Shown here: in pieces, positions 19,072 through 29,199 of the stretch
How the letters are laid out: each line of letters opens with the position of its first letter
How positions within the stretch are numbered: position 1 is the stretch's first letter
Source of the DNA: Chthonomonas calidirosea
Lineage (GTDB): Bacteria; Armatimonadota; Fimbriimonadia; Fimbriimonadales; Fimbriimonadaceae
Reading direction: 5' to 3'
Length of the DNA stretch: 64,000 nucleotides
Assembly (NCBI GenBank): GCA_945859975.1
Contig: CAMAPH010000003.1
Coordinates: 64,001-128,000 of the forward strand
Notes under the pieces: generated by a model
What the model was told of the DNA's origin: nothing
The model's input: only the letters and a program-made list of their open reading frames with translations
Database searches by the model: none
Translations under genes and position numbers: made by a program

Positions 19072-21124
19072 TTTGAGCCTGCGCGCCTCAACCGCGCCAC
19101 GAGATCGAAGCAAGATCAACACGTTGGACTACCTGCTCATGACGGTTGGCAGCATGCTTGCGGCCTACTCCGCCGGAATGGGAATCAACCAGCCAGAGGT
19201 GGGCATGTTCTTCGTCCGCCTCATCGCCGTCGGCACCGTTTTCAGCTTCTTTGTCCGCCGATTGCTTGGGGATTCCTGGTTAATCAAAGCGGACGGATTT
19301 CTCTATGCCGTGCTTGGGCTGATCGCCGTCACCCAGTCTCAGAGCTTGAACAGCCTGCTGCCGGGCGAGCCGTTTCCTCGCGCGCTGTTGGCCGCAAGCT
19401 GGCTAGGCTGGATGCTCACGCTCGGCAGTTTTGTGACTTGGCGCGACGGAACGTTGCTCTTCCAGGCCATTCCGGCCATTGCCCTCTTCGGCCTGGTCGG
19501 CGTTTACGACACCTACCGAGACGTTACGTTCAACTTCTTCGGCTTCCTGTTGTGTCTGGCCACCCTCTTCTCCCGCGCTCATGGCCGAGACATGCTGCGG
19601 CTGGTCATCGAGTCCGGTTTTGCGGGTCGTGCCGAGCAAAAGAGCCGCGTCCAGTCGGCCGTGCGGCAAGACCAAGCCCTGTATGAACGGATGCGCATGG
19701 GACCTTGGCAGTGGATGGCCGGGCCAGAATGGGCTTTGCTTTCCGCCCTCGTCATCGTCGGCCTCAGTTTGCTCGGCGCGCCCGTTATCCAAGCCACCGT
19801 CCAAACCGTGGCTTCGAACGTTAAGGTCACGGTTCCCACCTCGGCGGTGCCGCAAAACACACGCGGAAACACCATTCGGGATGTCGCCGAGCTCAGGGTC
19901 GGCAACGGCCCCAACGCGGGGCTCACCGCAAGACCGCTTTATGAATACTCCGCCACCGGCGGAAACAGCTACCTCCGCTCGTCCATCTACGACAATTACA
20001 CCGGCTCCGGATGGGATCGAGAGTACAACGGAGCCTACAACCAAGCCCAGCAATGGATTGCTGAACCGGCTCAATTCACCTTTACAATCACCCGACTCAC
20101 CCCCGCGTTCACCCTTCCCGCCCCAGCGGAAGTGGTGGTATGGAACGAGCCGGACGAGATTCGCCCCTCGAACTATGGCACCTACAACGTAGATGCCCAA
20201 TCTGGCCGAACGAGCTTCGCCGGCAGCGCCATCGAACCTGCGGAAGACTCCGGCTACGAAATTTCGCTTGCCACCGAGTTTGCGGAAACGACCCTTGTTC
20301 GGAAGCCGCGAGTTCCAAAGCGTGTGAAGGACTTCGTCGCAAAAGCCATCAAAGGGGCAAAGACGGACCGTGAGAAAGCTGACCGCTTGCGCGTCGCAAT
20401 CGGCAACCAATGCCTGTACAACATCAAAGCAGAAGCCGTTCCGAGCGGCTCCGACCCGGTTGATCACTTCCTTTTCGTGAGCAAAGAGGGCTATTGCGAC
20501 CTCTTCGCCACCACGATGACCGTGTTAGCCCGCGAGGCCGGATTACCCGCTCGCTACGTCCAGGGCTTCTTGCCCGATCCATTCAACAAGGATGGCGCGA
20601 GTCGCCAGTTGGTTCTGGAAAAGGACTACCACGCGTGGTGCGAGATCCTCTTTGAGGACTATGGCTGGGTGGTCTACGATGCGACGGGTGACGCCCAATC
20701 CGTTCCCGGCGGAGAGCGGGGCACCGCCACATCTACCGTGCCGTTTTATCAAAGCGACGAGTTCCGGCGTTTGGTCGATGGCGGAGTGATCTTCCTCGGC
20801 GTAATCGTGGTCGCAGCCGTTGCTTACGTTCGGTTGCGCCCGAGCGGAACCATCGTTCGGCGTCGCGAGATTGACCGCGTGGCCGTTGAGTTTGTAAAGA
20901 TGCTCGAGCGTCGCACGAAACAGCGCCGCCGGGTGAGTCAAACCCTGGGCGAGTACGTGCGTTCGCTTGGAGATAAACTCACGAACCCAGAGGAAGCTAG
21001 CCGCTTGGCCGAGGTAATCGCGATCGGGATGTACGCCCCGGAACCTCCTGCAGACGAGACCGTTAAAACGATCCGTAAGCAGATTGCAGCGCTCAAAGCT
21101 AGTCTTCGAAACCAAAAATCGTGA
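19064..21124 (+). CDS. Membrane transglutaminase-like protein (TgpA/DUF3488-type)
   Basis: Multiple TMs; GYCDLFA...GLPARYVQGF...HAWCEI...WVVYDAT (Cys-His-Asp). Confidence 0.88.
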   Translation: MLNLSLRASTAPRDRSKINTLDYLLMTVGSMLAAYSAGMGINQPEVGMFFVRLIAVGTVFSFFVRRLLGDSWLIKADGFLYAVLGLIAVTQSQSLNSLLPGEPFPRALLAASWLGWMLTLGSFVTWRDGTLLFQAIPAIALFGLVGVYDTYRDVTFNFFGFLLCLATLFSRAHGRDMLRLVIESGFAGRAEQKSRVQSAVRQDQALYERMRMGPWQWMAGPEWALLSALVIVGLSLLGAPVIQATVQTVASNVKVTVPTSAVPQNTRGNTIRDVAELRVGNGPNAGLTARPLYEYSATGGNSYLRSSIYDNYTGSGWDREYNGAYNQAQQWIAEPAQFTFTITRLTPAFTLPAPAEVVVWNEPDEIRPSNYGTYNVDAQSGRTSFAGSAIEPAEDSGYEISLATEFAETTLVRKPRVPKRVKDFVAKAIKGAKTDREKADRLRVAIGNQCLYNIKAEAVPSGSDPVDHFLFVSKEGYCDLFATTMTVLAREAGLPARYVQGFLPDPFNKDGASRQLVLEKDYHAWCEILFEDYGWVVYDATGDAQSVPGGERGTATSTVPFYQSDEFRRLVDGGVIFLGVIVVAAVAYVRLRPSGTIVRRREIDRVAVEFVKMLERRTKQRRRVSQTLGEYVRSLGDKLTNPEEASRLAEVIAIGMYAPEPPADETVKTIRKQIAALKASLRNQKS

Positions 21125-22194
21125 GTGATGTCAAGAAAGCCGCCGCCAAGAGCCTCGTCCTGATTTCGGGCGACGAGCCGACGCTGCGCGACCACGCCCT
21201 CACCGATTTGCTCTTTGCCGCCGAAGTCACGAAGGACGATTTTGAGACGGAGATGATGGACGGCGATACGTCTGACCCTGCCACCTGGGCCGCAAGCGCA
21301 GGGACCGCACCGTTCATGGCCGTGAGGCGAACCGTGATCGTTCGGCACCTCTTGCGCCGCGATGCTGACCTGAAATCCACTGCTCTGCACGGCCTGCCCC
21401 CGACCGCGCTGGTCATCTTGATGGCCGACGACGCCAGCGGGGACGAATCTCGCCTTGCCACGCGGCGAAAGAACTGGGAGAAGCTCGTGGTGGCCGCCGG
21501 TGGAGCCGTGTTGGCCCCGAACGCGAGTGGAGAGAAGGCAGTCGACGAGCTTAAGGCGCTTGCGGCAAAGCAAGGCAAGCAGATCAGCGGCCCGGCGCTC
21601 GATACGTTGCTTGAGATGTGTGGCGGCGGCTTTAGCCGGGCGGCGGAAGAGCTCGACAAGTTATGCCTTTACGCCAACGACGAAGCGCAGATCAAGGAAT
21701 CCGACGTCCGCGCCATCGTGGTTCCCGCCCGAGAATGGAACGTATTCTCCATGATGGACGGCATCCTAAAGAACGATGTCGCAAGCGCGTTGCGGCAGTT
21801 GCGGATCTTGGTGAACAACTCCGACAAGGCCGATGCCGCCATTTTTGGCAACATCCTGCCCCAGACCTTACGAGCGGTACGCCTGCTCTACCAAGCCCGA
21901 GTTTGCCACGAAGCGCAGGTTCAACCTTCGAACGCATCCGAAAGCCTCGCCGCTCAGTTCCCCAGCAAACCGAACATTTGCCGCGAAAAGCCGTACACCC
22001 AACGCACCTACATGACCGCAGCGCAGAACGTCTCCCTCGGAAGAATCGAAGGTTGCTTCCAGATTCTCGCCGATACTGATGCGAAGCTGAAAGGCGCCCT
22101 GCCAGCATTCTCGCGGATTGAGACTTTGGAGATGATGATTTTGGAGATGGCAAACCGAATTCACCGAAAAGCGCCGGTTCGTTCCGGCCGCTAA
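21121..22194 (+). CDS. holA: DNA polymerase III subunit delta
   Basis: LISGDE, TAPFMAVRRTVIV, EELDKL, IKESDVRAIV, NVFSMMD, DAKLKG; GTGA overlap with the upstream stop. Confidence 0.85.
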   Translation: MSDVKKAAAKSLVLISGDEPTLRDHALTDLLFAAEVTKDDFETEMMDGDTSDPATWAASAGTAPFMAVRRTVIVRHLLRRDADLKSTALHGLPPTALVILMADDASGDESRLATRRKNWEKLVVAAGGAVLAPNASGEKAVDELKALAAKQGKQISGPALDTLLEMCGGGFSRAAEELDKLCLYANDEAQIKESDVRAIVVPAREWNVFSMMDGILKNDVASALRQLRILVNNSDKADAAIFGNILPQTLRAVRLLYQARVCHEAQVQPSNASESLAAQFPSKPNICREKPYTQRTYMTAAQNVSLGRIEGCFQILADTDAKLKGALPAFSRIETLEMMILEMANRIHRKAPVRSGR

Positions 22195-22221
22195 TATCCA
22201 AAGCTGGCTTATACTTTTTCG

Positions 22222-23586
22222 GTGGATGCGGCGGACAAACGGGCGCGAAGAAAAGGATGCCTACGCGTCGGCCTTGTTTTCGTAGCTGGACTTGTCGCTT
22301 TGACCGCCGTCGGAGTCTTCACCTATTCAAGATTTGCTATGTCGGAACGTGACGAAGAGTTTACGCTGGCCGTAGCGGCTGGATTGCCTAAGTCTTGGGA
22401 GGATCTCCGCCAGACCTACAACCCAGACCGTGACGCCCGCGAACCGCTGAAGGCTTTCTCCGAGGAATGGGCGGCCGCGGACAAGCGCGCAGAAGATGCC
22501 GCACTAAAAGCGGGTCGGAGAAACGACAACTTCTTCAAACTGGAAATCGTTCGCACCCATCCTGAATTCGAAATCATGGTGCGCGAGGTTCTATCTCGCT
22601 CCGAACTCAGCATGTTCGATCAGCCGGAACTGGGATTTCAGGTCAACTTCGGTCGCCTCACCCAAACAAAGTCGGTGATGAACTACACCCGCGCCAAAGC
22701 GGCAGTCCTCTCGAAAGCCGGTGATCCGATCGCGGCGCTGAAGACATTACAGGAATCGAGCAAGCTCCTCAGCCTAATTAGACAAGACTCTAGCACCCTG
22801 ATTGCAGAGTTGGTTGGTTCGACCAACGAAGCGATCTTGCTGAAATCGGCGCAGCAGATCCTCCAAAAGCATGGTCGACAACCAGCAGTTCAAACCGAAG
22901 CGCTCCGGTTCCTCGACAAGCTCGGTCGACCGGGAGACGTGAAGCGCGCGCTTATCGGCGAATTTGCCGGGCAACTGGTTGAAGAGCACGCGCTTGCAAC
23001 AAAGGGCGAGGCGTACTACGACAAATTCTTGGGGCTAGAACCGATGCCCTTTGAAGATGGAGAAGAAGAAGATAAAGACCCGCAAGCGGAGGCCCTTCGA
23101 TTACGATTGCATATTCCCGGCACGCGCGATGGCCTATTTAAGAATCTGTACCGCGCATTTCGTGAGCTCTACGCAGATCTTCCAGATGACCCGACCGACG
23201 GTTTTGCTCGGCTTCAAGTCGCAAAGAAGCATTCGAAGATCGCCGCAGAAAAAACCGGGACCATGGACTTTCTAATTCCGATGACGATAGGAACCGCCAC
23301 CAGTGCCGTCAATTCAGACCTGCGTGGACTCGTTTATCGACGCGCTCTCAAGGCGCTCATCCTCGCCCAGCAGATTCGCACGAAGACCGGAAACTTCCCA
23401 ACCGAACTGCCACTATCCGGACAAGAGGCGATTGACCCATTCTCCAGAGAGAAGTTGAAGTTTAAGCAGATTGATGATCATCTCGTCGCCTACAGCGTGG
23501 GGGAAGACGGTGTGGACAACGGAGGAATGGATGCGATCAGTTGGACGATGTTCGCCAAAGATATCGGATACAGCATTCCGCTATAG
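22222..23586 (+). CDS. Membrane-anchored hypothetical protein with a GspG-C-like tail
   Basis: N-terminal TM, helical body, C-terminal FPTEL...DPFS...YSVGEDGVDNGG. Confidence 0.6.
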   Translation: MDAADKRARRKGCLRVGLVFVAGLVALTAVGVFTYSRFAMSERDEEFTLAVAAGLPKSWEDLRQTYNPDRDAREPLKAFSEEWAAADKRAEDAALKAGRRNDNFFKLEIVRTHPEFEIMVREVLSRSELSMFDQPELGFQVNFGRLTQTKSVMNYTRAKAAVLSKAGDPIAALKTLQESSKLLSLIRQDSSTLIAELVGSTNEAILLKSAQQILQKHGRQPAVQTEALRFLDKLGRPGDVKRALIGEFAGQLVEEHALATKGEAYYDKFLGLEPMPFEDGEEEDKDPQAEALRLRLHIPGTRDGLFKNLYRAFRELYADLPDDPTDGFARLQVAKKHSKIAAEKTGTMDFLIPMTIGTATSAVNSDLRGLVYRRALKALILAQQIRTKTGNFPTELPLSGQEAIDPFSREKLKFKQIDDHLVAYSVGEDGVDNGGMDAISWTMFAKDIGYSIPL

Positions 23587-23624
23587 CTGAAGTTAGCAAC
23601 TGAAGCGGCGTAGAGGAGCCGGAG

Positions 23625-25154
23625 CTATCTCATCACTTCAACCGACACCACGCTCTCCGGCGCGGCGATGAAATTGACCGTTGCACCGAGCTTGACCGGC
23701 ACGGATCGCGACGTGTCGAACGTCGGTGCGCCGAAGGCAAATCCGCGTGCGCGGCGGCCCTTGAAGCCTTTGGTAGCGATCGCAAAACTCATCGGCTCCT
23801 TGGTCTTATTGATCGCAACCAGCGTCATTCGTCGCGAGTTACGCTTGTCGACTGCCGCATAAACCGAGTTCATTTCGGGTCGCTGCCCGGTGACGGCAAG
23901 CGCGGTATCTCCGAACTTCGCGCCCTTGCCATCAAAATTGATGAAGGCCCGGAAGCCGCCGAGTTGCGCGGTGTCCGTGGCGCTCATTCCCCAGTTGCAT
24001 GCGGCGAATACCCCGTATCGGCCAAAGAGCCCGAGCACGTCGGCCTGCGCGACGAGTCCACTGGCAACCTTACCGCCGCCGTAGTTGTATTCAGAGATAC
24101 CGAGTTTGGTACCCGGATAGTTCTTCGAAATCTGCGCCTGAACGCGAGGAAGCAGCACGATCGGCTTCTTACCCAGCACGTCGGCAATCCAACTCGTTTC
24201 CACGTAAGACGCGTCCCAAAGCGAACGGGGGGCTTGAATTCTTGCCGCCGGGGTTCCTGGCTTGTCCTCTCCCCAAGCGATGCGAACATCGTCCCCGCGA
24301 GCTTCTGGGTACCAGTGAATGTCGACCACGTCGAGCAGTCGCTTGCCGGCTTTCAGCTCGGCGCGACGCATTTCCTGCAAGTACACGTCTAGGAAGTCGC
24401 GGCCGTTGCCGTCCGGGGCACCCTGGAAAGTGCGGAAACCCTGCCAGCCATAATTCGCAGGTCCAAAGACAAGCGCTCTTGGGGCGACCGCCTTGATGGC
24501 GCTCGCGTACTCCTGATTGATCGAGATGATTTGAGCGTAGGTCGGGTTCTTTTGCCAAACCCGCTGGTGGGTGCTTCCCCAAAGGTCCGGCTCGTTGTCA
24601 ACGCTGTACCAGGCCGCCGTGTTCCGCGCCCGCGTTTTCTCGACCCAAGCGACAAACTCATCCTGAAAGACCAGCTTATCCTCCAAATCAGGTGGGTATT
24701 GGAACTTGCCCGGCTTACGGGCCAACGACTTGTGGAAGCGCACGTTCAAGTAGTCAGGCGTTTTGGCTACATCACCATCGGCATTCTTATCCGCGGAAAC
24801 ATGGCCCATGGCGGGCACGGTGAGAAGGAGGGTGGCACCGTTTGCTTGAGCAGGTCGAACGAAGTTACTGACCGTCCAGCCGGGCTCGTTGCTGGTGCCC
24901 ATGTAGCCGTCGTTCTGATGTTGGTAATCGTTGCCGGCGTTGCTGGCGTTTGTTTCCCAGTTATACGCCGACATCCGGTTTCCGCCCTGTCGCGCCAAGG
25001 TGAAACCGCGGCCCATCTTTGACCAGTCCGGGAAGTTCAGCCCGTAAATGTACGGCGAGATCGGCTTCTTCACCGTCGCATCAACGGTGATCGTCGCCGT
25101 AGTCTGGACGGCGGGCAAGACAACAAGGGCCGAAACTAGATTCAACATCGACAT
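23625..25154 (-). CDS. Glycoside hydrolase family 44 (endoglucanase/xyloglucanase)
   Basis: RQGGNRMSAYNWETNASNAG, DNEPDLW, DIHWYPE, ISEYNYG. Confidence 0.9.
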   Translation of the reverse strand: MSMLNLVSALVVLPAVQTTATITVDATVKKPISPYIYGLNFPDWSKMGRGFTLARQGGNRMSAYNWETNASNAGNDYQHQNDGYMGTSNEPGWTVSNFVRPAQANGATLLLTVPAMGHVSADKNADGDVAKTPDYLNVRFHKSLARKPGKFQYPPDLEDKLVFQDEFVAWVEKTRARNTAAWYSVDNEPDLWGSTHQRVWQKNPTYAQIISINQEYASAIKAVAPRALVFGPANYGWQGFRTFQGAPDGNGRDFLDVYLQEMRRAELKAGKRLLDVVDIHWYPEARGDDVRIAWGEDKPGTPAARIQAPRSLWDASYVETSWIADVLGKKPIVLLPRVQAQISKNYPGTKLGISEYNYGGGKVASGLVAQADVLGLFGRYGVFAACNWGMSATDTAQLGGFRAFINFDGKGAKFGDTALAVTGQRPEMNSVYAAVDKRNSRRMTLVAINKTKEPMSFAIATKGFKGRRARGFAFGAPTFDTSRSVPVKLGATVNFIAAPESVVSVEVMR

Positions 25155-25198
25155 CTATTTCGTCACCATACCCCCGGCTTCAGTCGCATACTAATGAT

Positions 25199-27592
25199 AT
25201 GTTCCTGCTCGCTGCCGTCTCCGCGATGCAAACGGGTTTCCCAACCCAGATCGATTTGAAAACGAAGATTCCGCGTGGTGAGTTCATCGTTCCGAGTTCC
25301 GCCGACGCACGCGGAACCTCTGCGGCCGTCGTGATTTCCGGGGACAACATGACGGTTGACCTGAAGGGAGTCGTGCTTCGCGGAGGGCTATCGACCACCG
25401 AGCCAGACGAGCGCACCGGCATCGGAATCGAAATCCGCGGCAAAAACATCACGCTCAAGAACGCTCGAGTTCACGGCTACAAGGTAGCCGTCTTTGCCCG
25501 AAATGCTCCAGGGCTGAAAATCCTAGACTCCGACTTCTCATACAATTGGAAGCAACGCCTGAAATCCACGCCCGAGAAGGAGGACCTAAGCGATTGGCTG
25601 AGCTATCACAACAACGAAGCGGGCGAATGGCTGCGGTACGGCGGCGCGATCTACCTTGAGAACTGCGACAAATTCGAAGTGCGCGGCAACCGCGCGGTCG
25701 GCGGTCAAAACGGACTCATGCTTACCGGCTGCGACGACGGCCTCGTTTGGAACAACAACTTTTCGTATCTGAGCTCGCTTGGCATCGGCATGTATCGCTC
25801 CAGCGACAACCGGATCATGCACAACCGACTGGACTACTGTCTCCGAGGTTTCAGCTACGGCGTCTACAACCGAGGCCAAGACAGCGCCGGCATCCTCATC
25901 TATGAACAGTCGAACGACAACGTTTTTGCGTACAACTCGGTGACCCACGGAGGCGATGGGTTCTTCCTTTGGGCCGGGCAGGAGACGATGGACTCTGGAA
26001 AGGGCGGTTGCAACAACAACCTCCTTTACGGCAACGACTTCAGCCATGCCCCGACAAACGGCATCGAAGCCACGTTCAGTAAGAACACCTTCGCCAACAA
26101 CTTAATCTTGGAGTGTTGGCACGGCCTTTGGGGTGGATACAGTTACAGCTCATCGGTCATTGGCAACCTCTTTGGCTACAACGCCGAAGGCATATCCATC
26201 GAACACGGTCAGCAAAACGTGATCCAGGACAACGCATTCTTCCGCGACGGCACGGCGATCCGGCTTTGGATGAACGAAAAGCAAGACCCAACCTGGGGCT
26301 ACGCGAAGGTCCGCGATACCGTGAGCAAGGGCTATCGCATCCTTGACAACACGTTTTCGCAAGTGACTCAGGGCATCACGAACTCACCCGATGGGCTGGT
26401 GGATTACGGCGCCGTCTTACAACTCACCGCAACCTCGGACGTGGAAGTTGGTAAGAACCGCTTCGAACCCAGCGGAACCTTGCTCGACCTGCGCGGCCCA
26501 TTTAAGAACTTCACCTTTGCCGGAACTGGACCGGTCCAGGCAGTCAATCTTCCCGCTTTCGGCACTGGCTTCGCAAAGGAGTACCAGGGGCACTACTTCG
26601 TCGCCGGAAACCATGAAGGGCTACTCGCACCGGCGTCCCCACTCTTGGCCGCGAAGCTCCCCGATGACCCAGCAGACCCTTACGCCGACCGGTTCCTGAC
26701 CAACTGGCACCCCCTCAAGAACAAGGTCGGCGACTACCTGAGCCTCGGCAAGCGACTAGAAGGGATGAACCTCCTTCAGGTGCAGGCCGAAACGCTAAAC
26801 CTTGCCCCTCGCCCGCTCCCGAACGGAATCGATCCGTTCTTGAAGCCCGGCACCCCGCGTGGCTGGCGAACGATGATCGTGGACGAATGGGGTCCGTACG
26901 ATTTTAAGCGCCCCATTCTTCGTGTCAAGCCGATGTCCGACACCTCGACCGGCCTCGTGCTGCAGTTGCTCGGTCCAAAAGGGACTTGGAAGATCAAGAG
27001 CAGCAAAGGCGTAACCGCCGTGCTCAACTCCAAGGTCAGCCCCGCCGAGATCACGTTGCAGCGCGATACAAAGGTGCCAGACCGGAATCTCACCGTCACG
27101 TACAACGGCGCGGAAACCGTGGACTATCGTGGAGTTCAGACGCCAAAGAACACCGACGTCGACGTGACGTGGCGCGAGTTTCGTGCCGAAGCCGAGTGGG
27201 ACGTGAACTTTTACCTCTGGGATCCGGCCACCCAAGATCCGCGCAAGGACGACCAGGCCTTCCGCCGCAACCCCGTATTGACCAGCGAGAAGGTCAAAGA
27301 ACTCGACTTCGCGGGCTACGGCAGGTTTGCGAAGGGTGTTCCGGCAACGCACTTTGCCACCACCGCCGAGACGGAGATCGAACTTCCATCTGGCCGCTAC
27401 GAGTTCTCCGTCGTCGCCGATGACGGCATTCGCTTGTATGTTGATGGCGAACTGGTCATCAAGGACGGTTGGAAGTACCAGGGACCGACCGAATACAAAA
27501 CGGTGTTCTCGGGCGGGAAGCGAAAACTCAGGATCGAACACTTTCAGATCGACGGATATGCGTCGCTGAAGACAAAAATTCGACGACTGTGA
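25199..27592 (+). CDS. Right-handed parallel beta-helix (NosD-like) protein with a C-terminal PA14 domain
   Basis: Asn-ladder repeats (SSDNRIMHN, SNDNVFAYN, CNNNLLYGN); ADDGIRLYVDGELVI. Confidence 0.8.
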   Translation: MFLLAAVSAMQTGFPTQIDLKTKIPRGEFIVPSSADARGTSAAVVISGDNMTVDLKGVVLRGGLSTTEPDERTGIGIEIRGKNITLKNARVHGYKVAVFARNAPGLKILDSDFSYNWKQRLKSTPEKEDLSDWLSYHNNEAGEWLRYGGAIYLENCDKFEVRGNRAVGGQNGLMLTGCDDGLVWNNNFSYLSSLGIGMYRSSDNRIMHNRLDYCLRGFSYGVYNRGQDSAGILIYEQSNDNVFAYNSVTHGGDGFFLWAGQETMDSGKGGCNNNLLYGNDFSHAPTNGIEATFSKNTFANNLILECWHGLWGGYSYSSSVIGNLFGYNAEGISIEHGQQNVIQDNAFFRDGTAIRLWMNEKQDPTWGYAKVRDTVSKGYRILDNTFSQVTQGITNSPDGLVDYGAVLQLTATSDVEVGKNRFEPSGTLLDLRGPFKNFTFAGTGPVQAVNLPAFGTGFAKEYQGHYFVAGNHEGLLAPASPLLAAKLPDDPADPYADRFLTNWHPLKNKVGDYLSLGKRLEGMNLLQVQAETLNLAPRPLPNGIDPFLKPGTPRGWRTMIVDEWGPYDFKRPILRVKPMSDTSTGLVLQLLGPKGTWKIKSSKGVTAVLNSKVSPAEITLQRDTKVPDRNLTVTYNGAETVDYRGVQTPKNTDVDVTWREFRAEAEWDVNFYLWDPATQDPRKDDQAFRRNPVLTSEKVKELDFAGYGRFAKGVPATHFATTAETEIELPSGRYEFSVVADDGIRLYVDGELVIKDGWKYQGPTEYKTVFSGGKRKLRIEHFQIDGYASLKTKIRRL

Positions 27593-27687
27593 GCCGGAAA
27601 GACAAAACTGTGCGGGGAATTGTCAACTCCTTTGTATAATGCGGCATCTCCAAGGCGCGCAACGAGGCTCGCCCGCGATTCTTCCTA

Positions 27688-29199
27688 ATGCAAAACGAGT
27701 CTCCTTCGCTGTTTGACGCCTACGATCGAGGCGGGTTTTACGATGAGATGCTGACCGAAAATGGTCCGCGGGCTCATTACCAAAAGCTGTTTCAGAACCT
27801 TTCGGCGATGTCCCCGCACGACTTCCGAGCGCGGACCGAGTTGGCGGATTTGACCTTGATGAATCAAGGAATTACCTTCACGGTGTACGGAGACGAGGAA
27901 GGAACGGAGAAACCCTTCCCGGTTGACTTGGTGCCCCGCATTATCCCGGCAAACGAATGGGCACACCTCGAGCGAGGTCTCGGCCAGCGCGTTCGCGCGT
28001 TGAACCTGTTTCTCCACGACGTTTATCACGAGGCCAAAATCCTTTCCGACGGCCCGATCCCGCGTGATCTCGTGGTCAACGCTCCGAACTTCCGGAGAAA
28101 CTTCATTGGCGCAAACGTCCCGGGCGATATCTACATCCACATTTGCGGCTCGGACTTGATCCGTGATGGGGATGGAACCTACCGCGTCCTGGAAGACAAC
28201 TGCCGAACCCCGAGTGGTGTGAGCTACATGCTGGAAAACCGGCTGATCCTCACCCGAGTTTTTCCGGGGCTGTTCCGCGAAAACAGCGTTCGCCCGATCG
28301 ATGACTACCCGAGCGTGCTGCTCAACAACCTCCGATCGTTTGCCCCTCCAGGGCGAGAAGAACCCAACGTGGTCCTGCTAACACCGGGCGTCTATAACTC
28401 GGCTTACTTCGAGCACGCTTTCCTTGCCCAACAAATGGGCATCGAATTGGTCGAAGGGCGCGACCTGTTTGTAGACGACAACATGGTCTTCGTCAAGACC
28501 ACCCGAGGTCCGCAGCGGGTCGATGTCATTTACCGCCGCATCGACGACGATTTCTTGGATCCGCTTGTCTTCCGCCCCGAGAGCGCGCTCGGCGTTCCAG
28601 GCATCGTAAATGCCTACCGAAGCGGCAACGTCGTTCTGGCCAACGGAATCGGAACCGGCGTTGCCGATGACAAGGCGATCTACCCGTTCGTGCCCGACAT
28701 GATTCGCTACTACCTTGGTGAAGAGCCGATCTTGGAGCAAGTTCCAACCTATCTCGGCTGGCGAGAGAGTGACCTTCAGTACATGAAAGACCACGCAAAG
28801 GACCTGGTTTTCAAGGCCACCAACGAAAGCGGCGGCTACGGAATGCTCATTGGTCCCCAAGCCAGCCCAACCGAAATTTCCGACTACCTGAATCAAGTCA
28901 TGGCTGACCCGCGCAACTACATCGCCCAACCACTGATTGCCCTTTCCCGAAGCCCGTGCTTTGTGGAGGATAAGTTTGAAGGGAGGCACGTTGACCTTCG
29001 GCCATTCATTCTCTGCGGAAAAGATTCCGTCACGATCATGCCCGGAGGCCTGACGCGGGTGGCGCTTCGAAAAGGATCGTATGTCGTCAACTCAAGCCAG
29101 GGCGGCGGCAGCAAAGACACTTGGGTCCTGGGAGAATCGCGAAACGTGATGCAGCAAAGCATGGGCTCAATGGTCCAGCGCATGGAGGGAGGATGCTAA
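27688..29199 (+). CDS. Circularly permuted type 2 ATP-grasp protein
   Basis: LEDNCRTPSGVSY, LLTPGVYNSAYFEH, DVIYRRIDDDFLDP, RHVDLRPF, VVNSSQGGGSKDTWV. Confidence 0.95.
   Translation: MQNESPSLFDAYDRGGFYDEMLTENGPRAHYQKLFQNLSAMSPHDFRARTELADLTLMNQGITFTVYGDEEGTEKPFPVDLVPRIIPANEWAHLERGLGQRVRALNLFLHDVYHEAKILSDGPIPRDLVVNAPNFRRNFIGANVPGDIYIHICGSDLIRDGDGTYRVLEDNCRTPSGVSYMLENRLILTRVFPGLFRENSVRPIDDYPSVLLNNLRSFAPPGREEPNVVLLTPGVYNSAYFEHAFLAQQMGIELVEGRDLFVDDNMVFVKTTRGPQRVDVIYRRIDDDFLDPLVFRPESALGVPGIVNAYRSGNVVLANGIGTGVADDKAIYPFVPDMIRYYLGEEPILEQVPTYLGWRESDLQYMKDHAKDLVFKATNESGGYGMLIGPQASPTEISDYLNQVMADPRNYIAQPLIALSRSPCFVEDKFEGRHVDLRPFILCGKDSVTIMPGGLTRVALRKGSYVVNSSQGGGSKDTWVLGESRNVMQQSMGSMVQRMEGGC

Noticed and set aside
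19403..20467. 354-aa antisense ORF (also 7071-7907, 31687-32505, 59560-60486, 60416-61390)
   Set aside because: These overlap well-supported genes in antisense or alternative frames, have no recognisable motifs, and are expected in GC-rich DNA.
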